Made by a program: the position numbers and the translations under genes. Below are positions 27,741 to 37,259 of a stretch of 37,526 nucleotides of DNA, in pieces. The notes under the pieces were generated by a model. The model saw only the letters and a list, made by a program, of their open reading frames with translations. It did not search any database and was not told where the DNA came from. Each line of letters starts with the position of its first letter. Position 1 is the stretch's first letter. The stretch comes from Bacteroidota bacterium (GTDB lineage Bacteria; Bacteroidota; Bacteroidia; Flavobacteriales; Weeksellaceae), in assembly GCA_023448955.1 (NCBI GenBank), contig JAEXJU010000221.1, forward strand, positions 1 to 37,526. The letters run 5' to 3'.

Positions 27741-27913
27741 TACTAAAATAGATTTTTATTAATATTTTTTTTGGTTAATTCTCCAAAAAAGCGTCTCAAA
27801 TTTACGAAAGATAGCCTTGCAAAGCTGAATTGAAAACATAAATTTTTCATAAATCCGGATTTAACATAATATTTTAGACATTTTTTCTATATTTGGTAAG
27901 CAATAAATCTTTA

Positions 27914-28906
27914 ATGAAAGTAAAATACAGAATCGTACTGGTTGTTTCCTTAATTATTCTGAGTATCTTAAGCTATAAACTAAGCCATGAAAAAATTAAT
28001 TCAGATGTCAGTTTACCTAAACCCAAACTAAGCTATAATTTGCATCGGGATATCGTTTATAAAAACACACCCGAAAATACCCCTCTGAAACTAGACATTT
28101 ATCAGCCAAAACACACAAACGGGAAAAAACTGCCGGTTGTTATTTATATTCATGGCGGCGCTTGGTCTGTGGGTAATAAAGAAATGATTATGCATAAATT
28201 CCGTGCATATATCCTAAATCAGCTACTCCAAAATCAATACACAGTCATCAGCGCAGACTTTACCAATATTGATTCTCAAAATCATCTGGAGAGTAGCCTT
28301 CAGGATATCAAAGATGTATTGAAATGGGTTAGAAACAACGAAGAAATATATAATATTGACACAGAAAATATCGGAATCTGGGGCGGATCTTCCGGTGGAC
28401 ATCTGGCCATGCTGACGGCGTACAACCAAAATAATGACGAATCACAAGGCCTTCCACTACTCAACTATGCAGTCAATTTCTATGCTCCTACAGATTTAAA
28501 TGAACTTTTCCGTACGGATGCTCATTCCGCTATTCTAAAATGGTTTAAATTTTACTATCCGAAAACTTATAAAACCAGACATAAAAAAATAATGCAGCTG
28601 ACAGGCTTTGACATAAATCAGCAGAAAAATAAAGCCATAGAGCGCTGCAAGGAACTCTCGCCCGCCAATTATATTACGAAAAACACAGTTCCAACGTTAA
28701 TATTTCACGGAAATGAAGATGATGTTGTAGATATCAGGCAATCTGAATATTTGGTTGAAAAACTTAAAGAAAATAAAATCAATCATCAGTATTTTGTGGT
28801 AGATAATGCCAATCATACTTTTAACAATATCAGTTTGGAAGATGCTAACGACATAGCACAAAAAACCGTAAATTTCATCAAGCATTACACAAAAAAACAA
28901 GAATAA
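27914..28906 (+). CDS. Membrane-anchored or exported alpha/beta hydrolase (HSL/BD-FAE-like esterase)
   Basis: Start taken as ATG 27914; motifs HGGAW, GGSSGG, HGNEDDVV and NH. Confidence 0.85.
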   Translation: MKVKYRIVLVVSLIILSILSYKLSHEKINSDVSLPKPKLSYNLHRDIVYKNTPENTPLKLDIYQPKHTNGKKLPVVIYIHGGAWSVGNKEMIMHKFRAYILNQLLQNQYTVISADFTNIDSQNHLESSLQDIKDVLKWVRNNEEIYNIDTENIGIWGGSSGGHLAMLTAYNQNNDESQGLPLLNYAVNFYAPTDLNELFRTDAHSAILKWFKFYYPKTYKTRHKKIMQLTGFDINQQKNKAIERCKELSPANYITKNTVPTLIFHGNEDDVVDIRQSEYLVEKLKENKINHQYFVVDNANHTFNNISLEDANDIAQKTVNFIKHYTKKQE

Positions 28907-28907
28907 G

Positions 28908-30053
28908 ATGAAAAAAACGGTATCAAGATTATTATCGACTCTAATTTTCATTTTGATGAGCAGCAATCTGATTTCTCAGGTAACATTCAGGATTATCAGA
29001 TTACCTGAAAATACTGGAAATACAGATATATTTATGGCTTCCGATCTTAACGGATGGAATCCTTCAGATGCTCAATTCAAATTCAAAAAAGATCTGGAAG
29101 GAAACTATAGTTTAACGATTCCGAAGCCTGATAAAAAAACTGAATATAAGATTACCAAAGGCAGTTGGGATTCTGTGGAGGCAGACGAAAACAGGAATAC
29201 GACCGCTAATAGAATTTATGATCCGGCAATTTCGGAGTTAATAATTCCCATCGAAATCAAATCCTGGAATGTCCCGAAAGAAAAAAACCATACTGCCAAC
29301 TCTCAGGTCAGGATACTAAGTGAGCATTTCAAAATTCCTCAGCTGAACAGCACCAGAAAAATATGGATCTATCTTCCGCCGGATTATCAAACCTCCGGAA
29401 AAAAATATCCCGTGATCTATATGCAGGACGGGCAAAACCTTTTTGATGATTACACCAGTTTTTCCGGCGAATGGCAGGTGGATGAAACGCTGGACAATAT
29501 TTACAATGAAACAGGTAAATCTGCAATTGTAATAGGAATAGACAATGGTGGCGACCAGCGTCTTGCCGAATATTCACCCTGGAATAATACTAAATATAAA
29601 ACCACAGGCAAGGGTGATCTCTATGCAGATTTTTTGGCAAAAACACTGAAACCATACATTGATAAAACTTACAGAACGCAGAAACAAGCATCTAAAACAA
29701 TTCTTTTAGGCAGCTCTATGGGCGGATTGATCTCGCTTTACACTTCAGTAAAATACCCGGATACATTTGGAAAAACGGGCATTTTCAGTCCTGCATTCTG
29801 GTTTGTTTCTAAAGATTTGAAAAGGTATCTTAATCGTAACAAAAAGAATCTCAGACATTCAGAATTCTACTTTGTAGCTGGAAAAAATGAGGACGAAACA
29901 ATGGTGCCGGAAATCGAAGCAACTCAATCTGAACTGATAAACAATTCTGTAGATCCGAAAAACATCACCGTTAAAATAGATCAGGACGGAACACATTCCG
30001 AATCTTATTGGAAAAGAGAGCTGAAACAGGCTTTGATGTGGCTTTTGAAATAG
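28908..30053 (+). CDS. Exported alpha/beta hydrolase (putative esterase) with an N-terminal CBM-like domain
   Basis: Signal peptide; N-terminal domain LNGWNP...EYKITKGSW; IWIYLPPDY, YPVIYMQDGQN, GSSMGG and HSE. Confidence 0.85.
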   Translation: MKKTVSRLLSTLIFILMSSNLISQVTFRIIRLPENTGNTDIFMASDLNGWNPSDAQFKFKKDLEGNYSLTIPKPDKKTEYKITKGSWDSVEADENRNTTANRIYDPAISELIIPIEIKSWNVPKEKNHTANSQVRILSEHFKIPQLNSTRKIWIYLPPDYQTSGKKYPVIYMQDGQNLFDDYTSFSGEWQVDETLDNIYNETGKSAIVIGIDNGGDQRLAEYSPWNNTKYKTTGKGDLYADFLAKTLKPYIDKTYRTQKQASKTILLGSSMGGLISLYTSVKYPDTFGKTGIFSPAFWFVSKDLKRYLNRNKKNLRHSEFYFVAGKNEDETMVPEIEATQSELINNSVDPKNITVKIDQDGTHSESYWKRELKQALMWLLK

Positions 30054-30120
30054 TAACTGATTTTATGGCTTCATATTAGTCCTTATAAAATCAAAACAAA
30101 ACACTAAATTTGCAAAACTT

Positions 30121-30480
30121 ATGGAAAGCAACAGACAAAGAAAAGTAGCGCAGATTATACAGGAAGATATGGCAGAAATCTTCCGCAAGCAGGCTTCAGA
30201 CAGTAAGCAGAGCTTTTTGGTTTCTGTCTCGGATGTTAAAGTAACACCTGATCTTGGAATCGCAAAAATATATCTCAGTATTTTCCCAGCTGAACTGAGA
30301 AAGCCTATTATGAAGGAAATCAATGAGAACAATGCATTCTACCGTAATTATCTCGGACAGAAAATGGCAAAACAGGTTCGTATCATCCCGCAATTGGTTT
30401 TCTACATAGACACGAGTCTGGATGATGTGGAACGCATTGAAAAAGAATTGAAAGGCGAAGGAGACAATCCAATTCTGTAG
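30121..30480 (+). CDS. rbfA: Ribosome-binding factor A
   Basis: MESNRQRKVAQIIQED, VSVSDVKVTPDL and RIIPQLVFYID. Confidence 0.95.
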   Translation: MESNRQRKVAQIIQEDMAEIFRKQASDSKQSFLVSVSDVKVTPDLGIAKIYLSIFPAELRKPIMKEINENNAFYRNYLGQKMAKQVRIIPQLVFYIDTSLDDVERIEKELKGEGDNPIL

Positions 30481-30482
30481 TA

Positions 30483-31688
30483 TTGAAAAATGCTTTTTAC
30501 ATAGCATCCCGCTACCTTATAGCGAAAAAAGGAAGTACTGCTGTTACTTTCATTACCTGGCTTGCAGCGTTTGCAATGGTAGCGGCTGTGGCTGCTATGT
30601 TTATCATTATTTCTGTTTTTTCCGGTCTGGAAGATATTAATAAGCAGATGATAGCCAATCTGCATGCAGACCTCACTATCAAAAGCAAAACAGGAAAAGT
30701 TCTAAAAGATATCGGACACATAAAAAGTGTGCTTAAAAAAGAAGCCGCTATTGCTTATTTTTCGTCTGTTATAGAAGAAAAGGTTTATCTGGGATATAAA
30801 GATAATGGTGAGATTGCCTATCTGCGAGGTGTAGATTCTGCTTACACCAATGTCAATCCCATAAACGAAAATATATTCTACGGAAAATACCCGGATTTTA
30901 AGTACAGCAATGAAGTGATTATGGAGAATGGTCTGGACAACAGATTGTCTCTTCCTGTAAATTCCAGTCAGGACTTTGCAACAGTTCTGATGCCCAAGCC
31001 AGGCAAAGGAATTATACAAAGTGAAAATGATATTTTCAATAAGAGAGAAATCTATGTGACAGGCGTATTCCCTGGAAATGACCAGATGGACAATTATATA
31101 ATTGCACCTATAGAGCTTGCTCAGCAGCTTCTGGATCTTCAAAAAAATGATTGCTATCAGATTGTAATTAAACTTAAAAATCCAGCTGATGCTGAATACG
31201 TGAAAGCCAATCTTACAAAACAAATTGGAAATGTTGCAGATGTTAAGACCAAATCCGAAGAAAATGCTGCTTTCTGGAAAATGATTAATACCGAAAAACT
31301 GATGATCTATCTTATTTTCGGACTTGTCATTTTCATCACGACATTCAATCTGGCCGGAGCGATCACGATTTTACAGCTTGACAAAAAAGATCAGGCAAAA
31401 TCACTGATAGCACTTGGATTTAATCTTAAAAATCTAAGATTTATTTACTTTTTTACCGGTTTTTTAATTGTATCGGCCGGAGTTATTTGCGGACTTATTA
31501 TCGGCTCTGTTATTTGCTATATCCAGATCAGCACAGGCTTTTTCAAAGCAAGCGAAAATCTGGCATTCCCCGTGAGAATTGAACTGATTAATTACCTGAT
31601 CGTTTCAGCTATTGCATTATTTTTTGGATTATCCATTTCATGGATTTTTTCTAAGGTTAATAAAAGATACATCAGCAATACTAATTAA
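30483..31688 (+). CDS. LolC/LolE-like (FtsX/MacB) ABC transporter permease
   Basis: TTG start 2 nt after rbfA; IASRYL, IISVFSG, a large periplasmic loop and three C-terminal transmembrane helices. Confidence 0.88.
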   Translation: MKNAFYIASRYLIAKKGSTAVTFITWLAAFAMVAAVAAMFIIISVFSGLEDINKQMIANLHADLTIKSKTGKVLKDIGHIKSVLKKEAAIAYFSSVIEEKVYLGYKDNGEIAYLRGVDSAYTNVNPINENIFYGKYPDFKYSNEVIMENGLDNRLSLPVNSSQDFATVLMPKPGKGIIQSENDIFNKREIYVTGVFPGNDQMDNYIIAPIELAQQLLDLQKNDCYQIVIKLKNPADAEYVKANLTKQIGNVADVKTKSEENAAFWKMINTEKLMIYLIFGLVIFITTFNLAGAITILQLDKKDQAKSLIALGFNLKNLRFIYFFTGFLIVSAGVICGLIIGSVICYIQISTGFFKASENLAFPVRIELINYLIVSAIALFFGLSISWIFSKVNKRYISNTN

Positions 31689-31841
31689 GATTTCTGTATT
31701 TTATTCCTGGATTCCTGAATTTTCATCAAGTCAGGATTAATTAACATTTTATTACAGTAACTTAAATTTCGCTTAAAAATTCAATCACCTATAAAAAACA
31801 GATTATTAATATTATAATTTTACAGTCTTAATTTTTGGACA

Positions 31842-32978
31842 ATGAAAAAAAGTATTATTATTCTGTTTGTCGGGATTTTCGGACTTGGATTCTCTCAGAT
31901 CCCAACAGGATATTATGACGGAACAGCAGGTCTATCGGGCTATAGCTTAAAAACAAAACTTGCACAGATCATTAGCAATGGCGCAAGAGATATGGGATAT
32001 GGCAGCGGCACCGGCGGATTATGGCTGGGATATAAGACCACTGATATTGATAAATATTATGAAAACGACGGAACTATTATTGATATGTATTCCGAAAATC
32101 CTGCAGCCAATGCTCCCGGTGTGAGCAATGATCCTTACGAATTCAAATGGGGACAGGCATCTGCAGGTGGCAACCAGTGCGGAAGCTACTCCGGAGAAGG
32201 AAGCTGCTATAACAGAGAACATTCCGTTCCAAAAACCTATTTTGGTGGCATCAATGCAGTTCCTATGTCACACGATATTCATTTTGTGATTCCAACGGAT
32301 GGCTATACCAATTCAAAAAGAGGCGATTATCCTTATGGTGAAGTTTCCAGTGCGGTATGGACTTCTAAAAACGGAACCAAACTGGGACAGAGTAATTTTC
32401 CGGGTTACAACGGAACTGTATTCGAGCCTGTGAATGAATTTAAAGGGGATTTTGCAAGAATGGCTTTGTACTTTGTTACGAGGTATGAAGACAATCTCTT
32501 ATCATTCAGCCAATACCAGACTGCATCCAGCCCGCTGGACGGATCGAAAAACAGAGGCCTGCAACTTTGGTATCTCAACCTGATGCTGAAATGGAATGCT
32601 CAGGATCCTGTTTCACAAAAGGAAATTGACCGAAATAACGCTTCATACACTTTTCAGGGCAACAGAAATCCGTTCATAGATCATCCGGAATGGGTAGAAA
32701 TAATCTGGGGCAAATCTCCTTTGGCTGTAGATGATGCTTCATTCTCAAAAAATCTAACAATAGCACCCAATCCGGTGAGAGATAATGTTATCCGTGTATC
32801 AGGAGATAAAGATCTGAAAAAGTTCCAGAAAGCATTCATTTATAATATGGCCGGACAAAATGTTCAGACCATTGAAAATCCTTTCCAAAACGGAAATACA
32901 ATTACACTAAAAAACCTTACAAAAGGCATTTATATATTGAAAACTGGAGAACTAAACACAAAATTTATTGTGGAATAA
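31842..32978 (+). CDS. Secreted endonuclease I-family nuclease with T9SS C-terminal domain (paralogue 1)
   Basis: Signal peptide then QIPTGYY; YNREHSVP, DIHFV, KGDFAR, QGNRNPFIDHP; C-terminal domain IAPNP...KGIYILK...KFIVE. Confidence 0.9.
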   Translation: MKKSIIILFVGIFGLGFSQIPTGYYDGTAGLSGYSLKTKLAQIISNGARDMGYGSGTGGLWLGYKTTDIDKYYENDGTIIDMYSENPAANAPGVSNDPYEFKWGQASAGGNQCGSYSGEGSCYNREHSVPKTYFGGINAVPMSHDIHFVIPTDGYTNSKRGDYPYGEVSSAVWTSKNGTKLGQSNFPGYNGTVFEPVNEFKGDFARMALYFVTRYEDNLLSFSQYQTASSPLDGSKNRGLQLWYLNLMLKWNAQDPVSQKEIDRNNASYTFQGNRNPFIDHPEWVEIIWGKSPLAVDDASFSKNLTIAPNPVRDNVIRVSGDKDLKKFQKAFIYNMAGQNVQTIENPFQNGNTITLKNLTKGIYILKTGELNTKFIVE

Positions 32979-33001
32979 CTCCCGAAAAAATATTTTAAGA
33001 A

Positions 33002-33029
33002 AAAGGCAGAAATTCTATCTGTCTTTTTT
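33002..33029 (+). terminator. Terminator after nuclease 1
   Basis: AAAAGGCAGA...TCTGTCTTTTTT. Confidence 0.6.
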
Positions 33030-33173
33030 GCTAAAAAAACATCTGGATTCTTTTGTTTTGATATAAACCAGATAAATATTAACGATATAATATTGATAAC
33101 ACTGTATTGTTAAAAAAAATTTACACATTAATCAAATTTTATTTTATACCTTTAGCGCCCTTAATTTTTGACA

Positions 33174-34250
33174 ATGAAAAAATGTATTTTTATTCTTTTT
33201 GTTGGAGCATTTGGCATAACTAATGCCCAGATCCCGACAGGATATTATGACAGCGCAGCCGGACTTACCGGTTATGCTCTGAAAACAAAACTTGGTGAGA
33301 TCATCACCGCAGGTTATCAGACCAAAAGTTATGATAATTTATACAATGGATATCCTACAACGGATACAGATTCTTTTTATGAAAAAGACGGTTCGGTTCT
33401 GGACATCTATTCAGAAAATCCGACAGGTGCAGATCCGTATAATTATACACACGGTCAGAAAAAATGCGGGAATTATTCCGTAGAAGGAGATTGCTATAAC
33501 AGAGAGCACTCAGTTCCACAGAGTCTTTTTAATTCTGCAAGTCCTATGGTTTCTGATATCCACCACATTCTACCTACAGACGGAAAAGTAAATGGAATGA
33601 GAAGTAACTATCCTTACGGAAAAGTTTCCAACCCTACTTATACATCCAAGAACGGATCTAAGCTTGGACCAAATTCTTCACCAGGTTATGGAGGAACTGT
33701 ATTCGAGCCGATCAATGAATTCAAAGGTGATGTTGCAAGAGGTCTTTTATACTTCGTAACAAGATACCAGACTAAACTTTCCGGTTTTTCCAGTGGTAAT
33801 ATCCTTAATACAAGCAATGTAAACCAAGGTCTAACAACTTGGGAACTCAACCTTCTTTTGCTTTGGCATCAGCAGGATCCAGTATCGGAAAGAGAAATTG
33901 TTAGAAATAACGCGTCTTACAATTATCAGAAAAACAGAAATCCTTTTATAGATCATCCTGAGTGGGTAACAACTATTTGGGGACTTTCTCCACTTGCTGT
34001 AGAAGATGCTTCATTTTCTAAAAACCTAAAGATTGCTCCAAATCCTGTAAAAGGAAATGTAATCAATGTAACCGGAGACAAGGATCTTAAGAAATTCCAG
34101 AAAGCTTTCATCTACAATATGGTTGGACAAAATGTTCAGACCATTGAAAACCCTTTCCAAAACGGAAATACAATTACACTTAAAAACCTTCCAAAAGGAA
34201 TTTATATCCTTAAGACTGGTGAACTCAACACTAAGTTTGTTGTAGAATAA
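33174..34250 (+). CDS. Secreted endonuclease I-family nuclease with T9SS C-terminal domain (paralogue 2)
   Basis: Start ATG 33174; YNREHSVP, DIHHIL, KGDVAR, NRNPFIDHP; T9SS C-terminal domain. Confidence 0.9.
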   Translation: MKKCIFILFVGAFGITNAQIPTGYYDSAAGLTGYALKTKLGEIITAGYQTKSYDNLYNGYPTTDTDSFYEKDGSVLDIYSENPTGADPYNYTHGQKKCGNYSVEGDCYNREHSVPQSLFNSASPMVSDIHHILPTDGKVNGMRSNYPYGKVSNPTYTSKNGSKLGPNSSPGYGGTVFEPINEFKGDVARGLLYFVTRYQTKLSGFSSGNILNTSNVNQGLTTWELNLLLLWHQQDPVSEREIVRNNASYNYQKNRNPFIDHPEWVTTIWGLSPLAVEDASFSKNLKIAPNPVKGNVINVTGDKDLKKFQKAFIYNMVGQNVQTIENPFQNGNTITLKNLPKGIYILKTGELNTKFVVE

Positions 34251-34276
34251 TCAATTCACAAAAATTTCAATAAAGT

Positions 34277-34310
34277 AAAGACAGATATAAACTCTGTCTT
34301 TATTTTTTTT
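34277..34310 (+). terminator. Terminator after nuclease 2
   Basis: AAAGACAGA...TCTGTCTTT followed by a T run. Confidence 0.65.
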
Positions 34311-34398
34311 ATACTTCAGGTAATTCTGCCTGGAATATGTTAAATATTAAAAATTTACATTAAAAAACAATATCTTTACATCCCTTAAAATTTTCGAA

Positions 34399-35460
34399 AT
34401 GAAAAGATTTATTTTTACTTTATTTGTAGGAGTTTTCGGCATTACCAATGCGCAGATTCCCACAGGATATTATGACGGAACTACCGGACTTACCGGAGCT
34501 GCTCTCAAAACTAAACTTAGCCAGATTATTACGTCTGGACACCAGGATAGAGGCTATAACTGGACCGTATTTTCTTCCTCAGACAGAGATAAATATTATG
34601 AGAATGACAATTCCGTTCTGGATGTTTATTCCGAAAACCCTACCGGTACAGATCCTTACAAATTTACAATGGTGACCAACCAGTGTGGTAGCTACAGTGG
34701 TGAAGGATCTTGTTACAACAGGGAACACTCGATTCCAAAATCGACCTTTAATGATGCAACACCAATGCACAATGACTATCATCATTTGCTTCCGACAGAC
34801 GGCTACGTAAATGGCAGAAGAAGTAACTGGCCTTATGGCGAAGTCGGAACTGCTAGCTGGACTTCAAAAAATGGCTCTAAGTTAGGAACCAGTAAATTAA
34901 ACGGTTATTCAGGAACAGTTTTCGAACCTATCAATGAGTTTAAAGGTGACATTGCCAGAATTTACCTTTATTTTGCGACAAGATACCAGTCCCAGATCAC
35001 TACTTTCACATATGATATGTATGATGGAAGCACATTTAAAGTTTTTGCAGAGCCATTTATGTCTATGCTTTTGAGATGGCATCAGCAGGATCCTGTTTCT
35101 CAGAAAGAAATTGACAGAAATAATGCTGTTTATAGTTATCAGGGAAACAGAAATCCGTTTGTAGATCACCCTGAATATATTGCACAAATCTGGGGAACAG
35201 TAATGGCGGTAGATGATGCCTCCTTCTCCGAAAATCTTCAGATTGCGCCAAACCCGGTAAAAGGAAATGTAATCACTGTTTCTGGCAATAAAGATCTGAA
35301 ACAATTTACAAAAGCGTTCATCTATAATATGGTTGGTCAGAATGTTCAGACTATTGAGAACCCTTTCCAGAACGGAAACAGCATCACATTGAAAAACCTT
35401 CCGAAAGGTATCTATATCCTGAAAACAGGAGATTTAAACACTAAGTTTATTGTGGATTAA
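34399..35460 (+). CDS. Secreted endonuclease I-family nuclease with T9SS C-terminal domain (paralogue 3)
   Basis: YNREHSIP, DYHHLL, KGDIAR, QGNRNPFVDHP; T9SS C-terminal domain. Confidence 0.9.
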   Translation: MKRFIFTLFVGVFGITNAQIPTGYYDGTTGLTGAALKTKLSQIITSGHQDRGYNWTVFSSSDRDKYYENDNSVLDVYSENPTGTDPYKFTMVTNQCGSYSGEGSCYNREHSIPKSTFNDATPMHNDYHHLLPTDGYVNGRRSNWPYGEVGTASWTSKNGSKLGTSKLNGYSGTVFEPINEFKGDIARIYLYFATRYQSQITTFTYDMYDGSTFKVFAEPFMSMLLRWHQQDPVSQKEIDRNNAVYSYQGNRNPFVDHPEYIAQIWGTVMAVDDASFSENLQIAPNPVKGNVITVSGNKDLKQFTKAFIYNMVGQNVQTIENPFQNGNSITLKNLPKGIYILKTGDLNTKFIVD

Positions 35461-35489
35461 TTTTATTATTAAAAATATTAAAACAGAAG

Positions 35490-35519
35490 AATCAGTTGCA
35501 ATTGCAGCTGATTTTTTTT
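35490..35519 (+). terminator. Terminator after nuclease 3
   Basis: AATCAGTTGCA-AT-TGCAGCTGATT followed by a T run. Confidence 0.7.
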
Positions 35520-35547
35520 ATCTTGAAAATTCTAAAAAAATTTAATA

Positions 35548-36216
35548 ATGAAAGACAACAAACATCTTTTCAAAAGGCTTTTTTTCCTGATGCTGATTTT
35601 CAGCACCTCACTCTTTTTTGCACAGGAACAACCCTTCCGGAAAGAAATTCAGGAATTCAAAACGATTGATCAAACCAAAGGAATTCCCGCTAAACCAATT
35701 CTTTTCGTAGGCAGCTCATCCTTTACAAAATGGGAGGATGTGAATGATTATTTTCCTGGAAAAACCATAATTAACAGAGGTTTTGGCGGCTCAAGATTGC
35801 TGGATCTAAATTATTATGCGAATGATCTTTTAGATCCTTATAACCCAAAACAAATTGTGATATACTGTGGAGAAAACGATATCGCGACAGACAATCCCAC
35901 AGCAGCGGAAGTATTTGAGAGATTCAGAATATTTTTTGGTAAAATACGTCAGAAGTATCCAAGAGTTCCCGTGGCTTACGTTTCCATCAAATATTCTCCA
36001 AGCCGTGAAAAATTCTGGCCGGAAGTGACTGAAGTGAATGCCCTGATAAAAAGTTATCTTAAAACTCAGAAGAAGGCAAAGTACATTGACATTACAAAAG
36101 TGATGAATGATGCCAATGGAAAACTCCGAACAGATATTTTCCTGGAAGACAGGCTTCATATGAAACCAGAAGGCTACAGACTTTGGACCAGTGTTATGAA
36201 ATCGTACCTTAAATAA
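35548..36216 (+). CDS. GDSL/SGNH-family hydrolase, exported
   Basis: Blocks FVGSSS, NRGFGGS, YCGENDI and DRLH. Confidence 0.9.
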   Translation: MKDNKHLFKRLFFLMLIFSTSLFFAQEQPFRKEIQEFKTIDQTKGIPAKPILFVGSSSFTKWEDVNDYFPGKTIINRGFGGSRLLDLNYYANDLLDPYNPKQIVIYCGENDIATDNPTAAEVFERFRIFFGKIRQKYPRVPVAYVSIKYSPSREKFWPEVTEVNALIKSYLKTQKKAKYIDITKVMNDANGKLRTDIFLEDRLHMKPEGYRLWTSVMKSYLK

Positions 36217-36268
36217 ATGAAAAATACGACTAATCTGACAGAAATCATAATTGTAATTAATTAATTTT

Positions 36269-36299
36269 ATTTGTATTTATTCTAAATTAGTTATATTTG
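36269..36299 (+). promoter_or_regulatory. Housekeeping promoter overlapped by a 19-bp Fur-box-like imperfect palindrome
   Basis: -33 TTTG (36270-36273) and -7 TATATTTG (36292-36299); ATTTGTATT-T-ATTCTAAAT at 36269-36287. Confidence 0.5.
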
Positions 36300-36304
36300 C
36301 ATCT

Positions 36305-36457
36305 ATGATTCAGAAGATTATACCTTTCAAAATTGCGCCATTGGCTCCCGCTTACAGAAATGACGAAATGATGTATTGCGACAAGAAAAAATGTTGCAAA
36401 AAATTCAAGAAAGGAAAACGTTGTAAGAAATGTCCGGGAAGAGCAAAGATCAGCTAA
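36305..36457 (+). CDS. Small basic Cys-rich protein (50 aa), CC-x8-CxxC
   Basis: Below the ORF-track cut-off: MIQKIIPFKIAPLAPAYRNDEMMYCDKKKCCKKFKKGKRCKKCPGRAKIS. A consensus promoter ends 5 nt upstream. Confidence 0.7.
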   Translation: MIQKIIPFKIAPLAPAYRNDEMMYCDKKKCCKKFKKGKRCKKCPGRAKIS

Positions 36458-37094
36458 ACATCAGCCAGATTATCATCGCCATCAATGCTAAAAATATAAG
36501 AACAGAAACCAGTCTTTTAGATTGGTTTTCTTTTTTCCGTGGTTTTGAAGAGGATTGCTGGAAATTATTTTCAGATTCGCTTTCATCAGAATTAACCTCT
36601 GACTCTGCAAGCTCAGTAATTGTGATTCCCTGAACGATGGTCTTGTGAAGAACTGTATTCGTAGCGTGTAGCAGAATCTGGAATTTCCCCTGAGAATCAA
36701 ACTCTTTGATCCGGATCGTTCGCTGTCCATTCGGTTTCTCTAGTCCAAAAGGCACTATTTTCACCAGATCCGCATCATAAGTATTCCAGTAAATCGTAAT
36801 TTCCTCACCAACTCTCACCCGGATTTTACTGGCAGAAAAGCTTTTGATTTTTGGAGGAAGGATGCTTTTCACATTTCTTTGCTGGCTGCTGAGATTCTGG
36901 TCATACAGCTTTCTTCTCTCAGTATCTGTAAGCGTTTCATAAGCTTCCTGAATTTCCCTGAATCTGTCCGAAAAAAACACATCATTTTCATTTTTATCCG
37001 GATGATACTTCAGAGATAATTTTCTGTAAGCTCTTTTGATATCTTCTGCAGAAGCATCCTGAGTAATTCCGAGAAAGTAGTAGTAATCCTTCAC
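36450..37094 (-). CDS. J-domain (DnaJ-like) protein with C-terminal membrane anchor
   Basis: GTG start; DYYYFLG...YHPDKN J-domain; C-terminal hydrophobic helix. Confidence 0.88.
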   Translation of the reverse strand: MKDYYYFLGITQDASAEDIKRAYRKLSLKYHPDKNENDVFFSDRFREIQEAYETLTDTERRKLYDQNLSSQQRNVKSILPPKIKSFSASKIRVRVGEEITIYWNTYDADLVKIVPFGLEKPNGQRTIRIKEFDSQGKFQILLHATNTVLHKTIVQGITITELAESEVNSDESESENNFQQSSSKPRKKENQSKRLVSVLIFLALMAMIIWLMFS

Positions 37095-37142
37095 AAAGCA
37101 AATTTAACGATTTCGTTCATCTTAATAACATTCAAAAATTAA

Positions 37143-37198
37143 TTTCTCGCTGATTTCACAGATTACACAAATAGAAAATCTTTTTAATCTGCGAGAAA
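37143..37198. repeat. Degenerate REP-like inverted repeat
   Basis: TTTCTCGCTGATT (37143-37155) pairs with AATCTGCGAGAAA (37186-37198) with one mismatch; an internal CAGATT unit is present. Confidence 0.5.
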
Positions 37199-37207
37199 AT
37201 AACAAAA

Positions 37208-37233
37208 AAACGGAAAGCATAAACTTTCCGTTT
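37208..37233 (-). terminator. Terminator after the 79-aa gene
   Basis: AAACGGAAAG...CTTTCCGTTT with an A run on the plus strand. Confidence 0.7.
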
Positions 37234-37259
37234 CTAACAATTAATTTAGTTTCCTAAGA

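Noticed and set aside
31842..35460. Tandem nucleases as an anti-phage or toxin-immunity system
   Set aside because: All three have signal peptides and T9SS C-terminal domains, so they are extracellular, and no immunity-like ORFs lie between them.
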